This document shows, piece by piece, positions 28,687 through 32,085 of a stretch of 32,085 bases of DNA. The stretch covers positions 1-32,085 of the forward strand of contig JBCDID010000001.1 in NCBI GenBank assembly GCA_038749355.1. Reading direction: 5' to 3'. The DNA is from Pseudomonadota bacterium. GTDB taxonomy: Bacteria; Pseudomonadota; Alphaproteobacteria; Rhodobacterales; Rhodobacteraceae. The position numbers and the translations under genes were made by a program. The notes beneath the pieces were generated by a model. It was not told the DNA's origin, made no database searches, and saw only the letters and a list, made by a program, of their open reading frames with translations. Positions within the stretch are counted from its first letter, which is position 1. Each line of letters begins with the position of its first letter.

Positions 28687-28777
28687 GGTGCATCAACGTC
28701 GAGACAAGCTCGACGAAGGATGCACCCTACGCGGAGCCCCGCGGCCCGCGCCGCGTAGGGTGCATCCATGATGCACC
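28687..28777. repeat. GTAG-family REP inverted doublet, copy 4, one nested and one simple arm
   Basis: GGTGCATC-[aaCGTCGAGacaagCTCGACGaag]-GATGCACC-CTAC (28687-28730), 24-bp spacer, GTAGGGTGCATCCATGATGCACC (28755-28777). Flanking hairpins at 28669-28683 and GCGCC-GAA-GGCGC at 28781-28793. Confidence 0.9.
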
Positions 28778-28795
28778 GTGGCGCCGAAGGCGCAA

Positions 28796-29830
28796 TCATA
28801 CAGTTGCAACCGGCATAGTCGGCGAACCAACAGCTCCCGGCAGACGTAAGGGAGGGGCTGTCAGGAAGCAGCGGTTTCGGCCCGTCTCTCGAAAGTAGGC
28901 CGCCAGATCGCCGAGCCACCAGATCTCGCCCAGCGGAATGCCCAGCTTGAACAGGCAAAGCTCGTGGATCGGCAGCATGGCCCGCTGCCCCACACCGGTC
29001 CGCGAGGGCGCGCGCTCCACCGCGTAGTTGTCGGAGATCAGGGCTACGAGCCCACTGTCACGAATCCATTCCTGCAGCTTGGGATCACGGCCTTCCAGCG
29101 CCGTGCAGCTTCCATGTAGCATCTCGTGGGATGGGTTCCGCTCCATACCCAGCATCAGTTTGGTCCAGCCGGTATGCAGGATCACCATATCCCCTTGCTC
29201 GACCTCGACCCCTTGCGCGGTCATGCATTCCGAGAGCCCGTCGAAATCCACATCCATATGCGCCTCACCGAAGCTAGCATGCAAATCGATCATAACGGCG
29301 CGGCCCTGCACGCAGGTCTCAGCCATGGTCTCGATGCCCAGCCGCGTGGCCTCGGAGGCGGTCAGCCCGCCGCAATCCTCGCAAGGCACGCCTTCCGAGA
29401 TGTGCTCGCCTGCGCGCCACCCATTGTAGAAGACCTTTTCGGCCACCCCGTCCCCGTCCGCGTCGAACAGGCCGCCCACATGGCACAGCGCGTCCCACTG
29501 GGTCGAGTACTGCGTGTGGATCATCACGCGGTCATCGTTCACCACATCGGTCAGGTCCGGGTTGCCGAGCGCGTCCTTCAAAGGAAGTAGATATCTGTCC
29601 GTCCCGTCCGGTGTGCGGGTGGCAAACCTCTGCGGCGGATGGCGCGCCGGGTTCAGGATGTTCCCGCCAGGATAGTCCAGCGGCATGGAGAGGCAAAAGG
29701 AACGCCCCTCTTCCACTTCAGCAACACCTTTCTTCACCTGCTCCGACCCCAGCCAGTTCAGCCGTCCAATCTGGTCATCGGGACCGAAATCACCCCAATT
29801 CGAACCTTCCGGTCTGTTCTTCCAGCGCAT
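28796..29830 (-). CDS. Cyclase-family (kynurenine formamidase-like) metal-dependent hydrolase
   Basis: NWGDFGPDDQIGRLN, QYSTQWDALCH (variant of HxGTHxDxPxH), GDMVILHTGW, SDNYAVE, HELCLFKLGIPLGE, PLRLPGAVGSP. Confidence 0.88.
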   Translation of the reverse strand: MRWKNRPEGSNWGDFGPDDQIGRLNWLGSEQVKKGVAEVEEGRSFCLSMPLDYPGGNILNPARHPPQRFATRTPDGTDRYLLPLKDALGNPDLTDVVNDDRVMIHTQYSTQWDALCHVGGLFDADGDGVAEKVFYNGWRAGEHISEGVPCEDCGGLTASEATRLGIETMAETCVQGRAVMIDLHASFGEAHMDVDFDGLSECMTAQGVEVEQGDMVILHTGWTKLMLGMERNPSHEMLHGSCTALEGRDPKLQEWIRDSGLVALISDNYAVERAPSRTGVGQRAMLPIHELCLFKLGIPLGEIWWLGDLAAYFRETGRNRCFLTAPPLRLPGAVGSPTMPVATV

Positions 29831-29839
29831 CCTGAGACC

Positions 29840-31336
29840 TCAGTTCGGCGTATGAATGGGAAGACCGAGCAGCGCCCGGCGCCTTAGCCACGTGGTGGGT
29901 CGATAGCGGTCCTCGCCGGTGATCTGCTGGGCCGTCTCAAGTACACGGAGCGTCGCCGCCAACCCCAGTTGGTCGACAATCGCCACGGATCCGTGCGGGT
30001 AGTTAAGGCCAAGCTGCATGGCCGTGTCGATATCCTCTGGCGATGCCAAGCCAATCTCAGCCATGTAGCAGCCGAGATTGCCGACCATCGCGACCATGCG
30101 CTGGCCGACAAAACCCGGTGAATCGTTGATCCACGTGACGGCACGACCTGAGGTGATGATTGTGGCGGCCACGCTCGCGAGCGCGGCCGTGTCCGCACCC
30201 GGAGCCGTCATGACGGTCACGCGCTTGGACGTGTCCCCCGAGAGGTCCACGCACAGAAGGTCCTTCGGGTCGATCTTCGCGGACACGGCGACAGAGGTCG
30301 CGTCCAACCCAACTGGCGCGGCCAATACGGGCCCGCTCTCACCAACCTTCAGTCCGACCTCGTCGCAAAACGCTTTCAGCGCAGGGTTCTGCCCGGCCAT
30401 CCGAACCTCTGCGACTGGCAAGGCGTCAGTCGTGAAGTCCGGCGATGGGCGTTCAGAGGGCTTGCCGCCGTCGTAGGCAAACCATCCCTGCCCCGATTTG
30501 CGTCCGAACTGGCCGGCATCGAACTTGGCCGCGTGATTGGGCGCGGTACGAATCCGCGGGTCCTGCATGTAGCCGTTGTATACGATGTTGGAGACGGGAA
30601 AGTTCACGTCGATGCCGGTCAGATCCATCAGCTCGAACGGCCCCATACGGAACCCCCAGCAGTCGCGCATGATGGCATCGACTTGCTCGGGGCGCGCCAC
30701 GCCTTCGTGCTCAAGGCGCAGGCCCTCAGTCGTGTAGGCGCGTCCACCCATGTTTACGAGGAAACCGGGGCTGTCCTTGACCTCGACGGGTGTCCGGGTC
30801 ATCCGGCGCCCGAGTGCCATGAGATTCGCAATGGCCTCGTCGGAGGCCTCCGCCGGGCGGATCACTTCCACCAGTTTCATGAGTGGTACGGGATTGAAGA
30901 AATGGAGCCCGGCAATCCGGTGACGATGCTCGCAGGCGCGCGCAATGGAGGCGAGCGGAATTGACGAGGTGTTGGACGCCAGCAGGCAATCGCTGCTGAC
31001 GACGCCTTCCAGTTCCCTTAAAAGCGACTCTTTGACGTCGAGATCTTCGAAAATCGCTTCGGCCACCGCGTCGGCGCTGGCTAGACCAGCGAGTGACTCG
31101 ACTGGTTCCAGTCGAGCCAGAACCTCTGCCACCTCGGCCTCACCCATGCGCCCCTTCTCGACCAGACGATCCAGGCGCTTGCTGATCTGATCGCGGCCAT
31201 GCGCGGCGCCGCCTTCACGGGCATCGAACAACAAGGTCCGCATGCCGCCCTGTGCCGAGACCTGGGCAATACCCTGCCCCATCGCGCCGCACCCCACGAC
31301 GGCAACAACATAGTCCGGCTGATCCGGGGTTTTCAT
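29840..31336 (-). CDS. 3-hydroxyacyl-CoA dehydrogenase (PaaH-like, about 500 aa)
   Basis: VVGCGAMGQGIAQ, EAIFED, ASNTSS, GLHFFNPVPLMKLVE, DSPGFLVN, MGPFELMDLTGID; start ATG 31336 with GGAGG RBS. Confidence 0.92.
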   Translation of the reverse strand: MKTPDQPDYVVAVVGCGAMGQGIAQVSAQGGMRTLLFDAREGGAAHGRDQISKRLDRLVEKGRMGEAEVAEVLARLEPVESLAGLASADAVAEAIFEDLDVKESLLRELEGVVSSDCLLASNTSSIPLASIARACEHRHRIAGLHFFNPVPLMKLVEVIRPAEASDEAIANLMALGRRMTRTPVEVKDSPGFLVNMGGRAYTTEGLRLEHEGVARPEQVDAIMRDCWGFRMGPFELMDLTGIDVNFPVSNIVYNGYMQDPRIRTAPNHAAKFDAGQFGRKSGQGWFAYDGGKPSERPSPDFTTDALPVAEVRMAGQNPALKAFCDEVGLKVGESGPVLAAPVGLDATSVAVSAKIDPKDLLCVDLSGDTSKRVTVMTAPGADTAALASVAATIITSGRAVTWINDSPGFVGQRMVAMVGNLGCYMAEIGLASPEDIDTAMQLGLNYPHGSVAIVDQLGLAATLRVLETAQQITGEDRYRPTTWLRRRALLGLPIHTPN

Positions 31337-31389
31337 GCGTCCTCCCACGCCGCGGCTCTGAAGTCCGCGTTCAACGCAACCCTAGCACC

Positions 31390-31411
31390 GCGCATCCAAA
31401 TTTGAATGCGC
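31390..31411. promoter_or_regulatory. 22-bp near-perfect palindrome, candidate operator of the acyl-CoA catabolic operon
   Basis: GCGCATCCAAATTTGAATGCGC (one mismatched pair), about 55-75 bp upstream of the first gene of the operon. Confidence 0.55.
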
Positions 31412-31468
31412 AAGTTGCGAGAATCTAGGACGTGATAGGTGGAGCGCCCGCCGCTGCGGACACCCGGA

Positions 31469-32085
31469 TCAGCGCACCAGCTTCGGGCGGGCTGGCGTGT
31501 TGGATTTGGGCGCGTCCAAACCTGCAGGCCCACCGAGCTGGCGAACCTCCATCGCCCAGTCGAGCGCAGTTAGCTGCGCCGCTTCGGACAGGCCGAGCAG
31601 CGTATCGCCAAGACCAGCCTGAAGGCGCGATACCAGAGAGCGTGCACTGTCGAGCCGGTAGCCCGAGAGTTCACGACCAGCAAGCGCCCCATCGAACTCC
31701 ATGATCCTCGATTCGGCTGCCTGACGGAAAGCGTAGATTGCCTCTTCCTGCGCCAGAGACACATAGTGGCGCGCCCGGCTCAGATAGGTCCCGACCGAGG
31801 GGTTTTGGCGGGTTATCTTCTCGAACCCGTAGAGCGCACCCTGATAGGCTGTGCCGGACATCTCGCTTGTAGTCGGCACCGCAATCGTTCCCCGCTCCAG
31901 GTCCATGGTCAGCATGTCGAGCTTGGCACCCGTCGGGCGAAGGACCATTCGTCCAAGATCCCCCGAGATATCGAGGAACTCCTGTGGTCCAACAAGGTTG
32001 CAAACGTTCAGCGCCTGATCGAGTCCGTAGGCCACGTCGATCGTCAGCACTCGTTCGTCATCAAGCCCGGCGCCGTCGGACATCC
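31469..32085 (-). CDS. Hypothetical protein, possibly truncated by the right edge of the window
   Basis: Open frame of at least 204 codons with protein-like composition; no family recognised; first ATG is only 2 nt from the window end. Confidence 0.6.
   Translation of the reverse strand, partial: MSDGAGLDDERVLTIDVAYGLDQALNVCNLVGPQEFLDISGDLGRMVLRPTGAKLDMLTMDLERGTIAVPTTSEMSGTAYQGALYGFEKITRQNPSVGTYLSRARHYVSLAQEEAIYAFRQAAESRIMEFDGALAGRELSGYRLDSARSLVSRLQAGLGDTLLGLSEAAQLTALDWAMEVRQLGGPAGLDAPKSNTPARPKLVR

Noticed and set aside
6530-28777. CRISPR interpretation of the repeat-spacer-repeat units
   Set aside because: Repeats are inverted pairs dispersed over 22 kb rather than a tandem direct array, and no cas genes are present.

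Overview
High-GC alphaproteobacterial chromosomal segment that looks Rhodobacteraceae/Roseobacter-like (inference from gene content). Left to right: (1) glycerol utilisation genes glpP(partial)-glpT-glpS-glpD on the minus strand, with divergent glpR and a phased 4 x 10-bp operator-like array; (2) a protocatechuate/beta-ketoadipate cluster, pcaQ divergent from pcaD-pcaC-pcaH-pcaG-DUF849(BKACE)-scoA-orphan secreted 6-Cys protein-scoB-pcaB, with no pcaF, suggesting a BKACE+SCOT alternative end to the pathway; (3) acuI, class V aminotransferase, GNAT, rsmD, SDR and peroxiredoxin; (4) a divergent operon of a Met-rich DUF2182 membrane protein, Cys-rich DUF1326 and a hypothetical gene; (5) a 10-gene acyl-CoA catabolic operon of unknown substrate (3-hydroxyacyl-CoA dehydrogenase, cyclase-family hydrolase, acyl-CoA synthetase, NMO-family flavoprotein, Cys-less DUF35, thiolase-like protein lacking the nucleophilic Cys, two ACADs, crotonase, CMD-family protein) behind a 22-bp palindrome; (6) a possibly truncated unknown ORF. 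The most unusual non-coding signal is four inverted doublets of a GTAG-tagged REP (GTAG-GGTGCATC-loop-GATGCACC). Five of the eight arms carry an unrelated nested hairpin in the loop, three doublets have exactly 24-bp unrelated spacers, and four arms have a cGNAg mini-hairpin exactly 3 nt outside. I recognised no rRNA, tRNA, CRISPR array or transposase. All family assignments come from motif recognition by eye, not database searches.
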